Of a DNA stretch of 64,000 bases, positions 51,952 through 64,000 are shown in pieces. Origin of the DNA: Lingula anatina. Taxonomy: Eukaryota > Animalia > Brachiopoda. A program made the position numbers and the translations under genes. How positions within the stretch are numbered: the stretch's first letter is position 1; each line of letters begins with the position of its first letter. The stretch is from NCBI GenBank assembly GCA_051362555.1, contig CM120649.1, positions 496,001 through 560,000 of the forward strand, written 5' to 3'. The notes beneath the pieces were generated by a model. The model was not told the DNA's origin. It made no database searches and saw only the letters and a list, made by a program, of their open reading frames with translations.

Positions 51952-52222
51952 AATGTTACCCCCTGTGCTTCCCACTATCAATATCCCTTCTATAAACTCT
52001 GAACTGTTCATTGTGTGTTTACTGTCGTGTGAAGGAATAATCATATGTTACCGAAAACAAACTTTAAAACACGGTGTTATTATTATTATTATTGTTATTT
52101 ATCGTGAAGGATTTTTTCTTTGTGTAAATCCTCACTTGAATGTATTGATAAAAACTGAACATAATATCAGTACTATTTTTCATTATGGTACCCGCAGAAA
52201 TGAAAAAAAAAAAAACAACATA

Positions 52223-52336
<114 letters not shown>

Positions 52337-54576
52337 TGCAATTAAATCTCCTTGAATAGGGCCTAATAATCATCTTTACAAATACTCCATAACACCAAAT
52401 CAACGATGCGACGTCTCCACTTTAGTTTAAAGCAATAAAAATGTTTTTCTTAATGACCGCTCAATCCGTAACAGAAAAATGACAAAAACTGCTATGAGCA
52501 TTCTTTAAAATAAAAATTCTCAGTTATTTCAAGAATTTGTAATTATACATGTATGATAACCTCAGTTCCAACACAATCTCTCAAATGCTATAAATTAGCC
52601 AATTTATATCCCTATCTTGCCACTTGACAGTTCAAATTTACCAACTATAAGTAAATATAAAGCGGCCTTGGGAGCTGCGGCCAATGGTCAAATCACAGCA
52701 CAAATCCGGCCAATCTTTGTTGATTCCTGTATCTTATCAGCCCTGCCGAGGGCAAACCTGCGCCACTATTTACCCGGTTTACTGGCACAGTCTGATACAA
52801 TGTGTCAACATCAAAGGGAAAGGCACACCGTTTGACCTAGTTTTCACCGCGTGTTGGGAACAGATCCAGTAATAATAAGCCATATAGACCATTCAGTCGT
52901 CAGTTTTTCAAGAGCAATGGTTTCGCAACAGACAACTTAAGTTCTGTTTAATATACAGTAGGGCCTACATGACTTGTTCTGGACTATCTTACACATCAAT
53001 TATAATATAATATGATATTTAAAATCTTACAAATACAGTTTTATTGTTTGAGTTCCCCCCTCCTATCCACAAGTCTGCAATCATCATTCCCTGTCCCTTA
53101 GTAGCCTACATAATATAACGACCATATAACTTCTGACTCGCTTGAATCAGGGCGACCCGACAGGTGACTTTCCTTATCTCGGTTTATAAAAAGACATTCT
53201 CCCAATAACTACATGTTAAAAATTTAATATATCTGTGACTGAGCTTGACCAACAATAATTTTTAGGAACCTTTTTTTTCTTTTAATCCTACCTCTCTTCC
53301 TATAAAACCTTGCTTTGCTTCTGTTGTTGTTGTTGTTGCAATGTTCAACATTGTGGATTTCCACCCCCTATTTTAAGATCGAAAAAGTCTAAGTACCGAT
53401 CCTGAAATGTAGCTGCTTTACTCATTTAACATCACATGGTAAAAAATTGACCATGTTTAACATGGTATAACATGGTAAGCTGACAGCATCTTCGGAAAAT
53501 TTAAACCATCATTGGGCATTATGGTGGACAACCATGACATGCTCATGTTAACCATCCATGGAAAACCTATGTACCAGTACCAAAATTTGGGCAGAACAGT
53601 CGTTTTCTTTTATCACAATTCAAGTAGGCCTACCGATTCAAAAAGGTGGTTAACTACGGTCTCTTTCTTATATACATTTCTTTTATCATTTCACTGACTT
53701 CAGAACTTCAGCAAAGCTTTGAAGGCAAACTTTATTTAAAATCTGGTAACCCCGTGTTGCGTTCACGACCACCATCTCTTCTCTTCGCCCCCCCTCTCTC
53801 CCCCACCATACACCCCCTTGCAGCCTTCCACCCGAAGTTCATTATGCTACATGATAACCCAAATTTGGTGACACATTTCATTGAACATTACTCGTAATCA
53901 ATTGTCACAGTTGTTGATAAGATGGTATATTAATGGAATTATATCAAAGATTACACTCCTGTTCACAGGGATGGAAATATGATTAAATGACGGTCGCAAC
54001 AAGACAGAATAAAATATTATTTGATGCAATGATGATGTATATTAAGTAATCAGAAATCAGCAATAACTACCATCATTTCAATTTGTAATGATAAAAAACA
54101 TCAGTCATGAGGCCTAACGCTTTGATAGTTGTACACAGCAGGATAAAAGAGACAGTGTTATAAATTATGCATAATAAAAGTATGTTACAAAGCTATTCTG
54201 ATTGAAATGTAGTCTTTTGAAATTCAATACGTCCAACAAAGCCGCTTCTATAACGTGTTCGGGTCTAATATTGATAAGTGGTGGATGTAAGGCGACAGTA
54301 TTGTGTTTTACTTTGGTTGTTATATGAGATAGAAATTACAAAACTTTATGTTCTTTCATACTCTGTATTTTTCTGCTTTCCAGTTTCATTCTCTCCATTT
54401 TTCTCTCTGTCCTGTTCAATATCTAACGGTGTTCTCGCCGTTTACATTACATTACATGTCTCTGGCTAAGCATCGTGCATAACAAGAACATGGCAATCAA
54501 GACAACAGAAACTCGCCGCTCCATTCAAATTCATGGCTGTCAATTGCCAACATTGCAGATGGGATAAAATCTCTTT

Positions 54577-54816
54577 GACTATGTCCCCATACCTAGATCG
54601 ATCTAACAGGTTCGATCCATCTCCGAGGGTTTTCTGCCCAAATTGCTTTCAGCTTAAGCGGCCTAGATGTCTGGCACACCTACTGAAGCTGCTAAACGAT
54701 GGTTTATTACCCCCTAGCAGCTGCAGTAGGTGAGACAGACATCATAGCCGCTTTCCTTGATTGCAATTTAGCGAGAATCCCATAGGAAATAGATCTTAGG
54801 GTCTGGGAATGGTCCA
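54577..54816. mobile_element. MITE family A copy (subfamily A2)
   Basis: Reverse-complement match to the 55586 and 59819 copies. Confidence 0.8.
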
Positions 54817-55397
54817 TTGAATAGTATAACTCATGAGGCAGTTAGATAAAACTGACTTGCACGTACGTGTACTGTGTCATTTGTTCCAGATACCAGTGAA
54901 TGCCGTGCTCTTTGTTGTTCCATAATATATTACCAAGTTGATCTCGTTCATAAGGACTCATATTTTTCACAGAGATTAACAAATGCCTCCTGTACCACGA
55001 ATGTTTAGAACGCTATTTCTAGAGATCAAAGATATTAAAACACGCAGGATAAATTACAGGATATATTAAGTGTGATTGTTCAGCAGTGAAACAATGTCTG
55101 TATAGTAACAGTTCACCAAATTACACCTGCAAGCAGCTCCTTGGGAAAACATGATTTGGTTCCGTGTTTAACTGGAACAAAACTTTGCCTGTTATTGTAG
55201 AGATAACTGTCAAAAGCTTCTGCTAATACAGGTGCTGTTGTATTTGAAGAGTGTCTACATGTGTTCCGCGTGTCAAGTAGGAGATATTGAGATACTTCAG
55301 AAATAAAAATGTATTGCTTCATAAAGTGACTTGTTTTCCCTCTTCTAACCCCTTCCTTGCTTCCTTCATCCATTTTCATTTTTGGTTTTTTGAGAAG

Positions 55398-55428
<31 letters not shown>

Positions 55429-55585
55429 GGGAGAGAGAGAGAGGAGGGATTCAGCCCATATCACCACGGCGACGCCACCTAAATAATCCAAGTTCATGTA
55501 GTACATGTAACATGGCGGAAGGTCTTAAAAAACACCTTGACTCTGAAGTTGCGTCAACAGTCGAACTGGCCATAAATGAACGTAA

Positions 55586-55831
55586 GGGACCATGCCCAGA
55601 CCCTATCTGTGGATCGATCTTTCACCAAGAGGATTCTCGAAAAATTGCAATCAACTTAAGCGGCTTATACGTGTGTCATGCCTACTGAAGCTGCTGTGGG
55701 TAATTAAGTATCTTTTAGCAGCTTCAGCAGGCATGACAAACATTAAGCCGCTTAAGCTGAAAGCAATTTAGCGAGTAACCCTCGGATATGGTTCGATCCT
55801 GTTAGATCGATCGTGGAATGGGAAACCAGTC
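55586..55831. mobile_element. MITE family A copy (subfamily A2)
   Basis: GGGACCATGCCC...GGGAAACCAGTC with palindromic interior; TAA/TTA flanks. Confidence 0.82.
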
Positions 55832-56078
55832 TTATAAGCTACGTACGTCTCTGTCTTAATCCCTGTTTTGAACTAAATGTTCTTGTTTTTCTTCAATGCA
55901 AACTATTTTACCGATCACGCCCTGTTGTCAAGTAGAGCCTTTAATGAATACAAACTGGATCTATCACATGGTATCAGTTAATGTCTGCCAAGGGCGAGAT
56001 AGCGTTCCATAAAACTTACCACTTATGTTGTGCTGAATTTAATAAAATGTGCCTTGTCATAATATGAGATAAAACAAC

Positions 56079-56385
56079 GGGGTGGAATGGGGGCGGTGGC
56101 TGGTATTGAAGAAAAAACAGGTTTTCTCCTTTTGGGGTGGTGGCTGTTATTGAAGAAAAACAGCTTATCTTCTTTAGGAGCGGTGGATGTTATTGAAAAA
56201 AAAAATGTTATCTTCTGTAGGGGTGGTGGGTGTTATTGAAGAAAAAACAGCTTATCTTCTTTAGGAGCGGTGGATGTTATTGAAAAAAAGGTTATCTTCT
56301 GTAGGGGTGGTGGATGTTATTGAAGAAAAAAAGTTATCTTCTGTAGGGGTGGTGGCTATAATTGAAGAAAAAACAGGGTTTCTTC
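56079..56385. repeat. Minisatellite, ~40-bp unit, about 7 copies
   Basis: GGGGTGGTGGATGTTATTGAAGAAAAAACAGCTTATCTTCTGTA-like tandem units without unique spacers. Confidence 0.9.
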
Positions 56386-57406
56386 TAGTCGCTGGCTGAA
56401 GTAAAAGAAAGAGGTACCTGACGGACTGAGAGAAAGGAAAACCCTAAGACCTTACGAAGACCACATCAAAATACTTAAGATAAATTTCTTGGGGCAATAA
56501 CTCAACGTTCAATATGACACACAACAGCCAAATTTCGTTACGTTTTAACTCGTAGATTAATTGTTGATCAGTTTTGCACAATCATCGATAACGCGCTGAT
56601 TAAATAATATTTGGGTTTGCATTTTTGCCCAATATGATAATATTATGCATTATGTTATTAACTTCAACTAACAATCTATCCAACAGTTCCACATGAACAT
56701 ATATACAGTGTATGGTTTTCTAATATATTATAATCCGAAATTGACCCCAAAAACACTGGGAAATCTACGACTATATTGCTCGGTCTCATGCGTAGATCCA
56801 GTTTACCGAAAAAATACTTCAGTGTTATATTTTTCTTTGGGGAATTCATGGTTGACGGCAGTTGCAAATAATACAAGGAAATATATGACCAGTAAATGAT
56901 AAACATAATATGAAAATTAATCTGCACGCGTGAAAGATAATTGAAAAGAAAATGGCAACCGTACAGAGCAAGCTGGTATATCAGCGTCAATGGATTTAAT
57001 GTAAATTAGTTCCTTCTCCTTATATCTAGTTGAAATAACAATATTAAGGGAACGAGCTTCACAGTTGCCTGACATTCGAAATATCTTAGTCATTTGTACT
57101 GACAACCTTGTGTAAAGATAATAAAAAACGTAACAAAATATTGAAAACTAACTGAAAATCAACAGGAGGAAAAACATTGCAACCTACAGTGTATCCTAAA
57201 CGTTCACTGGTAGTAAAAAATTGAATATCGATATAAGAACAAAATATCGTATAAATATATTATATTCCGTGATAGATTATCTTTTTGTGGCTTCATTCTT
57301 CTAATCAAGAAAATAACTATTCAATATGCACACAAATGCCTTTATGTCATCAATCCTCGAAATGGTACAATTACAATCGATCAACTATCCTAGAAGACAA
57401 TAACTA

Positions 57407-57441
<35 letters not shown>

Positions 57442-57760
57442 ATGTTCACCGTCCATTATTGGAATAGAAAAAAGATACATCGGTAAATGGCATAATGCAA
57501 AATGAAAGTAATATATAATAACATAGGCTTACACGCGGAGAAATTCACATTGCAAAGCTAGATATATTATACCACAGAGAAGCTTTAAACCTGACCACAT
57601 TCATACGTGTCGTCAGACAGCATATAATGTTCATATACATGTACGTATTTTTTCCTTTTCCTATTTACCTTGAGCAAAAGATGTATTTAATCAAAGATAA
57701 AATTTCTTTATAGATAGACTCACATGTCTTCGAACCATTCTACACAGTTCCACTTCAAAC

Positions 57761-58372
57761 ACTTACCTTGTAGAAGTAGATATTTAATCTTCAGTTGAAA
57801 TAAATCTTCAAAACCGCTGAGCAAAATGGTGCAACCCATGCAAAGTGGCGCAATAATCCCTCCGCCAAACTACCGGTGCGGTAGCTCCTTCTGGCCTGCA
57901 GAGGCCAAGATATCCCCATGTTTGGTTACTGTCCGTCCGCGGCTTTTTTGTTGTTTGCAGTGATTGCAATATGTCTAATTTGATTTACATATACGTAAAC
58001 ATAAGTGCTAACTTATTTCAAATGACACTTTAACCATTTAAATCGCGAATAATATAGCTGTATACCTAGCAGTTTATGGCATATTTCGGTTTACGTATAT
58101 TGGTGTCAGCACAGGAATAAATTGTTTGCGCATGCGTTATCCAGTCAGGCTAATTATGAATACGACCTTTGGTGGTTTGGACGTAATTTCTTCAAAAAAA
58201 AAAAAAAAATGATACAGACTTTTGTAGATACATGAACGATTAAGTGTTTGTCACTTTTTTCCGTTGTGAATAAAACCATATCTTTGACTGAACATTTTCC
58301 CCAAGTCATATAATGTACAAATGTAGGTTGAGTTATTTCTCTTTCAACGGACGAAACTGCTGCGCATGCGCA
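57761..58372 (-). promoter_or_regulatory. Putative promoter and non-coding first exon on the - strand
   Basis: NRF-1-type TGCGCATGCGCA at 58361-58372 and TGCGCATGCG at 58127-58136. GC-richer segment at ~57770-57950 ending in a consensus donor AAG|GTAAGT at 57767/57766. Confidence 0.4.
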
Positions 58373-59538
58373 AATGAGTGAAGCTTGTGCTAATATATGG
58401 TGCCAGATATTACCAACCCGTTGGTTTCTGTTTCCATTATCATATTATATAGTGTAGCACTCTTAACGACATTCTTGGTATTTACTGACACAGTTTCATT
58501 ATAAATCCTGGAAATAATATCTCGATCGCAATGTTTTTCTTTTAAAGGCGTAAAACATTAAAAATTCGCCCGTCCTGACCTAGATTCAGCTTGGACAAGT
58601 AACACGTAACGCGGCGTTTATCAAAGGTGGAATAGGTCAGACATGGGTGATTAACAGTAGCGATCTATACAGAGTGTACAAAGATGTTGATAACTCCATT
58701 TATAAGGTTGAATAAATAACGTCTATAAATCATTCTTTGTCCAGGGTGGATCTAAAATTTCACTTGGGGTGCGTGCAAGGATAAAAACACCTTTTTAGAA
58801 GACAACAAGGCATTTTAATCAAATTATGTTTGGCGCCATGGATGGCTAATTGCTCGATTTTGCCATGTTTCTCTCTTTTTTGTTAATAATTATTCATTTC
58901 ATGTGGTCGGGGTGGGCGGGTTTGGGAAAGGTACACCCGAAGAGCTACGTGGATTATCATTCATATAGCTGATAGATTTGCCTTTGAGTTTACTTTACAT
59001 ACACTTGCACTTGTGCTCAAGTGCGAATCTAGGGGTTAGGGGTCCACGGGTTTCTGGAAGCCGGTCAGAATTTTTTACGAATACCTTGACATTCCAATAC
59101 TAACTGAGACTGCCATAAACAGTAATGCTCTTGTACAGGAGGCAATTAAGGATCTATTTGAATACACAATCCACATTATGCTCACAGTCCAAGCTCATCC
59201 GAAATCCCCTCATTACTCTATCTATAAAAAATTGTAATCTTTTTCGTCCTATTTTATAGAATACTCATAACCCTGTTTTCAAATAATTACGACATATGCC
59301 GGAGACAGTTTACGGCGTGACGTACACATTGCATTGGCCGACTCAGCATTGGCTGCATTCACTATCTCAATCGGAGCACAATGGCACAATGGCATGATTG
59401 TTGTAACAATGACTGTGCTTACTTCATTGCGATAGTGAAGCAAAATGCCAGAATTAAAACCAGCACAAAATGTTAAAATGCATCCCAAGAGCACAATCAC
59501 TGGATCTGTACTGTGCATACTTTTCGTGCAGCTGCTGA

Positions 59539-59710
59539 CCGGCGTAACGTGGCAGAAAGTCCCCCATGGTGGAGAATCCTCTTCCCATTCATTTGTACAG
59601 ATTACCCTCGCCCTAGACTTTAACCCACTTAGGTCAGACTAACCCTAACCATTATAACTATATGGAGGGCGGACTTTCTGTTACACGAACCCTCAGTTTT
59701 GATACACCGG
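59539..59710. mobile_element. MITE family C copy
   Basis: CCGGCGTAAC...GATACACCGG termini; matches 18693-18864. Confidence 0.8.
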
Positions 59711-59818
59711 AAAGGGAACAACTTGTATTGTCTCCGTATGTCTGTCAGGACGGTTATGCAAATGTCATCTGAGTTCTGTTAGTAGGCGTACCGGTATACT
59801 CCTATTTTTATGTATATA

Positions 59819-60055
59819 GGGACCATTCACAGAACTCACCGTACTAAAAAGGGGATTTTCGCTAAATTGCAATCAAAGTAAGCAGCTTAGATGTCTGTCA
59901 CGCCTACTGCTGCTGCTAGAGGGTAATTAATTATCGTTAACAGCTTCAGTAGGCGTGCCAGATATCTAAGCCGCTGAAACTGAAAGCAATTTAGCGAGAA
60001 ACCCCTCGGAGATGGCTCGATCCTTTTAGACCGATCTAGGTATGGGAACCCAGTC
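59819..60055. mobile_element. MITE family A copy (subfamily A2)
   Basis: GGGACCATTCAC...GGGAACCCAGTC; similar to the 55586 copy. Confidence 0.82.
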
Positions 60056-63000
60056 TTAAATTTTTGTTAACTTTGGGAAATGTTAGAACACAAAACTTTT
60101 AAATGGTAAAGATTGACTTCCAGCATTTAACGTAAGAAAATTATATAATTTAATTGCATAAATGCATTCGATGTTTTTGCAGTTTACCCATACAGGAAGC
60201 TTTTCTACCAACCTTCCCACTGTATTAAAAAGGTATGTGGTCTCAAGCAGATACGACACGGATACAAAAGTTGAAAAAACTTGACCTGTATGCTAGAGAT
60301 ATATCAAATGAAAAGGATACGATTTCTAAAGGATATCCACATTTCGACCATTCTGTTACTAGTAGTTTGACGCATCTGCTTTAAAATTCAGAGACACTTA
60401 ATATGTAATACATCATTATACATGTATATACATGTACCTAAAGGTATTATGTCATCGCGATGATATACACTTTATTAGGTTTTAAGGATGTTTTTGGTGA
60501 AAGACGACTGCTGTATCTGGGTATGTAGGTCAAATGCTACACTGTCACCCTGAAGACGTCTCAGTGACGCTGGAGGTATTCTCTATCGCCCGGGTGACAG
60601 ACAGTGTATTATCACAAACCTGGTCCTTGAGGCAAAGTCGTGATTTTTTTTAAAACCAAGATTTGCGTCATTCTCGGAGTATTATATAAAAATCATTCAT
60701 AGTGTTTTTCTTTTAATTAAATTAACGCTCTTTCAGAAAGTCATTTCCGTCGCCGAATTGCAATGAATGACGTCATGGTCATTATCGAATATGACAAATC
60801 AATAACAATAACGAACGTGCACATGCAAGAGCGGATCAGAGAGGGTGAGAAGTGGAGGCGGGGTGACCGCGCCTCCTCGCTTACTTCGAGGTCCCCCTCC
60901 CCCCCCCCCCCGACACCCCACCCACCTAATGCACTGACGTCTGCTTCCAACAACTTTGTGCTGACTAAATGTTCGAAAAAAACATAAAAAAGCAGATCCC
61001 TGGTGCGCCCCGTACGGCATAGTTACTTCTTACGTCAAACGACGGTGAATCACGTCTTTTGTTTATCGGCACATTTCGAAACCGCAGACGGTCGCCACTT
61101 ACAGAAAGAATAAATATACCTTGAGTGCTGCACATTTCTCAGTATTGGCTTGCTGCATGTCTTAAATGCTTTTGGTGAAATATTCCACTTTTTTTTTGTA
61201 AAATGTCAAGCAGTAGTGAAATGCCTCAAAAGATAAGAAGTTAGTTTTTTTCCTCTAAAATTGCGTTCAATTTTTGGAGACAAACTCAAAATTTGCTCGA
61301 AGTAAAGCAGTTTTATTATTGACCTTTTCATGCTGTTAAAATGTTGGCATATCAAAGACACTTCTAGGAGAACTATGCACATGAAATAGATATGTGTAAT
61401 GGGGAGGGTTGTTTTCTGAAACCCTTTGTCTGGTATTTAAAAAGTAACCTAGGCAATTTTAACCCCAAAGGATCCCCTCTTTGCGTGACGCACAGCCAAT
61501 AAATACGGGGATTTTATTGTGGTGTCAATCTTTTGTTGAAATGACATCAAATTAATTTCTGCCTAAATGAAAAAAATTTACAAATTCTCTGAAACCGGCA
61601 TAATTACACTGTGGGAGGAAGGTATAGAGAAAGCCAAGAACAAAAGGATTCTGAGAAACAGAAAACTGATCTAAAAAGAAGTTATATCAGCGAAAAGTGA
61701 AGACGATATTTTCCCAACGCATCAATATTTTGTTCCTCGCTACTTCAAACAAAACAAATAAATAATATGACTTATTTCTTATGTAGCACTTGTAAATTAA
61801 ATCCGATTGGTGTGAAAAGATGAGAAAGTTAACAAGTTGAGGCAAAATTAATTTTGTATAGCAATTTTGCATACAATCACACTCTAATATGCAAAGAAAT
61901 AAGTCAACGAAGGTATAATTGAATGTACATTGTATAAATGGATTGTATGAATGTATAAATACAGTAGACTCGTAAACAAATACACTAAGAGATAAACGAA
62001 GTAAGTTGATGAATGAATATATACAGAGGTACGTTAAAATGAGCTGATATTGATGTCGCAAATCACAAAATAATGACTATGATGGTTAGCATGTGACACA
62101 ATTTCTTCATCATTCATCTTCTCTTAACTAACGTCACGGGAACATTGCACCAGGAGCTTTGATAAACCTCTGTATCATAACACCCCGCACTATCTTCTTG
62201 TTTTGTTGACAAATTGTGTCCAATAATCCTCATTTGAGTCAGAAATGACCTTATTATCACTTCTGTTGTCGCTCTTAGATATTGGAATCAAGGTTTCAAG
62301 AGATCGTCTTTCACGCCTGTTGTCTTAAGTCTTTGCATTTTCTTAGTTAAAAGTTTTTACGTCCTTGAGAAACCTTAAATTCCATTTAAGTAAAAAAAGA
62401 TTATATATCTTACATTAGCTCTAAAATTGCACGAACTGTGCCTTAAAGGGCTATATGTTGCGTGTGACAGTGCCTAGTAAAATAAAATGATTCTCATCCT
62501 TAGAGCTGACTTACCAGAACAGGTTCTAATATACTGTTCACAACATTTTCGCCTGCAGTAGGCAACTTTATATCTCACTCGATGAAGAACGTGAAATTTA
62601 CTCGTAAAACACCGATGCTTTCATGAGCACACTGGGCGTTTTAAGAAAAGGTAATCAACACTTTTTTTTTGTCATATTGAAAATTGTTTTTGTAAATCAA
62701 CGAAGTGCATTGTGCCCTTCTGAGCAAATCCATGATGTATATTTCAAATATATTGCACGAATGTTTCAAATATAGACGCTTATAACGAACTTGCGTCCAC
62801 ACGCTTTAGCTATTTATTATAAATGATCAACCTCTTTCTGAAATGAATATTGTGAAAAAAGTCTAACGGACTCTTTGCCAGACGAAAGTGACCTTAATTT
62901 TAATGACACACTGGTTGGTATTTTAACGTTAAAATGAACAGTTTAACATCTGCATAATATCCCCATTATTTTTCATGACTTGGTTTTAGACAAAATTATT

Positions 63001-63331
63001 CAAGTATTATTCATAAGTCAATTCTTTGTATCTGTTTGATGTTATATTTACTATTGATTTGATTGCCACAAAATCGATCTCAAAGCCAAACATAACTGTG
63101 ACAGTCCCATCGATTCCCATGGTTTAATAAAGTGGAATTGAATTTCTTTGCAATCTGTGACATTAAGAATGTTGCAAAGGCGTCACATAATTACATATAT
63201 CTGTATACATGTAGCTGTGCATGGGTGATGACTTAAATTATGCTATAATATATGATTAAAAAAATTGCTTCCACAAACGGTTGAGTCAGGGGGAGAGATT
63301 GAAGAACGCTGTATACTAATAACTTCAACTT

Positions 63332-63462
<131 letters not shown>

Positions 63463-64000
63463 ACCCAGTTCTTATCTCTGCTAGATGATAAGAACGTGGG
63501 GAATTTCTTCTTAATTCTTTAAGCATAACTAAAATGAAATATGTGAATTAAGAAAAGTAAAAGCAGGGTAATCCCCGGAATTTTTTACATTCAATTTAAG
63601 TGAATTGCACTGACTATGTAAACATGCGAGTTTCCGCACTTACGTATTAGAATTGAGGTATTCCATAAATCAATCAGTAAATAGACGGAAACAGCGGCTT
63701 GTCCTCGACCACAAACCGGCTGGAAACGCGTGTATTTATTAAATGGAATTACTAATCTCACAACAGGCGATACAACATTTCTACCTCTAACCAAACAAGA
63801 GCTGAATACCCACATATGTTAGATTCCCAGATTCAGAAACATTCATCTAGACAAAATCTAAATGTGAATGACGACAGAGAATATGATCAGTGGATGGCGT
63901 ATATATTTTAGAGCAGAAGAAATTTGTATAAATTTCCCAAATTCCAAATTAAAGGATTTTCCTTTTCGATAATTTTTAAATTAAACCGTAGTCTCGGGGA

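Noticed and set aside
56079-56385. CRISPR-like periodicity
   Set aside because: No unique spacers, no cas genes, and a eukaryotic context; it is a minisatellite.
62270-62385. SAP-domain-like peptide on the - strand (KVSQ...LKTTGVKDDLL)
   Set aside because: Short, frameshifted and without splice or transposon context; may be chance.

Overview
This is eukaryotic, AT-rich invertebrate-type genomic DNA: it has GT-AG introns, microsatellites and many MITEs, and no operon structure. The first 34 kb hold four intact paralogous genes of the DUF229 / ALP-like family (alkaline-phosphatase superfamily, predicted type II membrane proteins of about 660 aa). Each has two coding exons split by the same phase-2 intron. 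Gene 1 is on the + strand and faces genes 2-4 on the - strand. The paralogs share non-coding blocks (putative 5'UTR exons, splice sites, an E-box block, a 3'UTR) and show a mosaic similarity pattern suggesting gene conversion. I found no convincing host coding exon in 34-64 kb; this stretch may be a long 5' intron running back to a putative NRF-1 promoter and first exon near 58 kb. It is rich in non-autonomous DNA transposons, including a palindromic Harbinger-like family with 10 copies in the window and a hAT-like family with 5-bp target site duplications (TSDs). The most unusual items are the DUF229 cluster itself, a 761-bp fold-back element with ~185-bp terminal inverted repeats (TIRs) carrying a promoter-like segment and a gene 5' end, and a Transib/RAG1-like transposase relic between the convergent genes. 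Family assignments come from motif recognition by eye, with no database searches, so I cannot claim any of these is truly undescribed.
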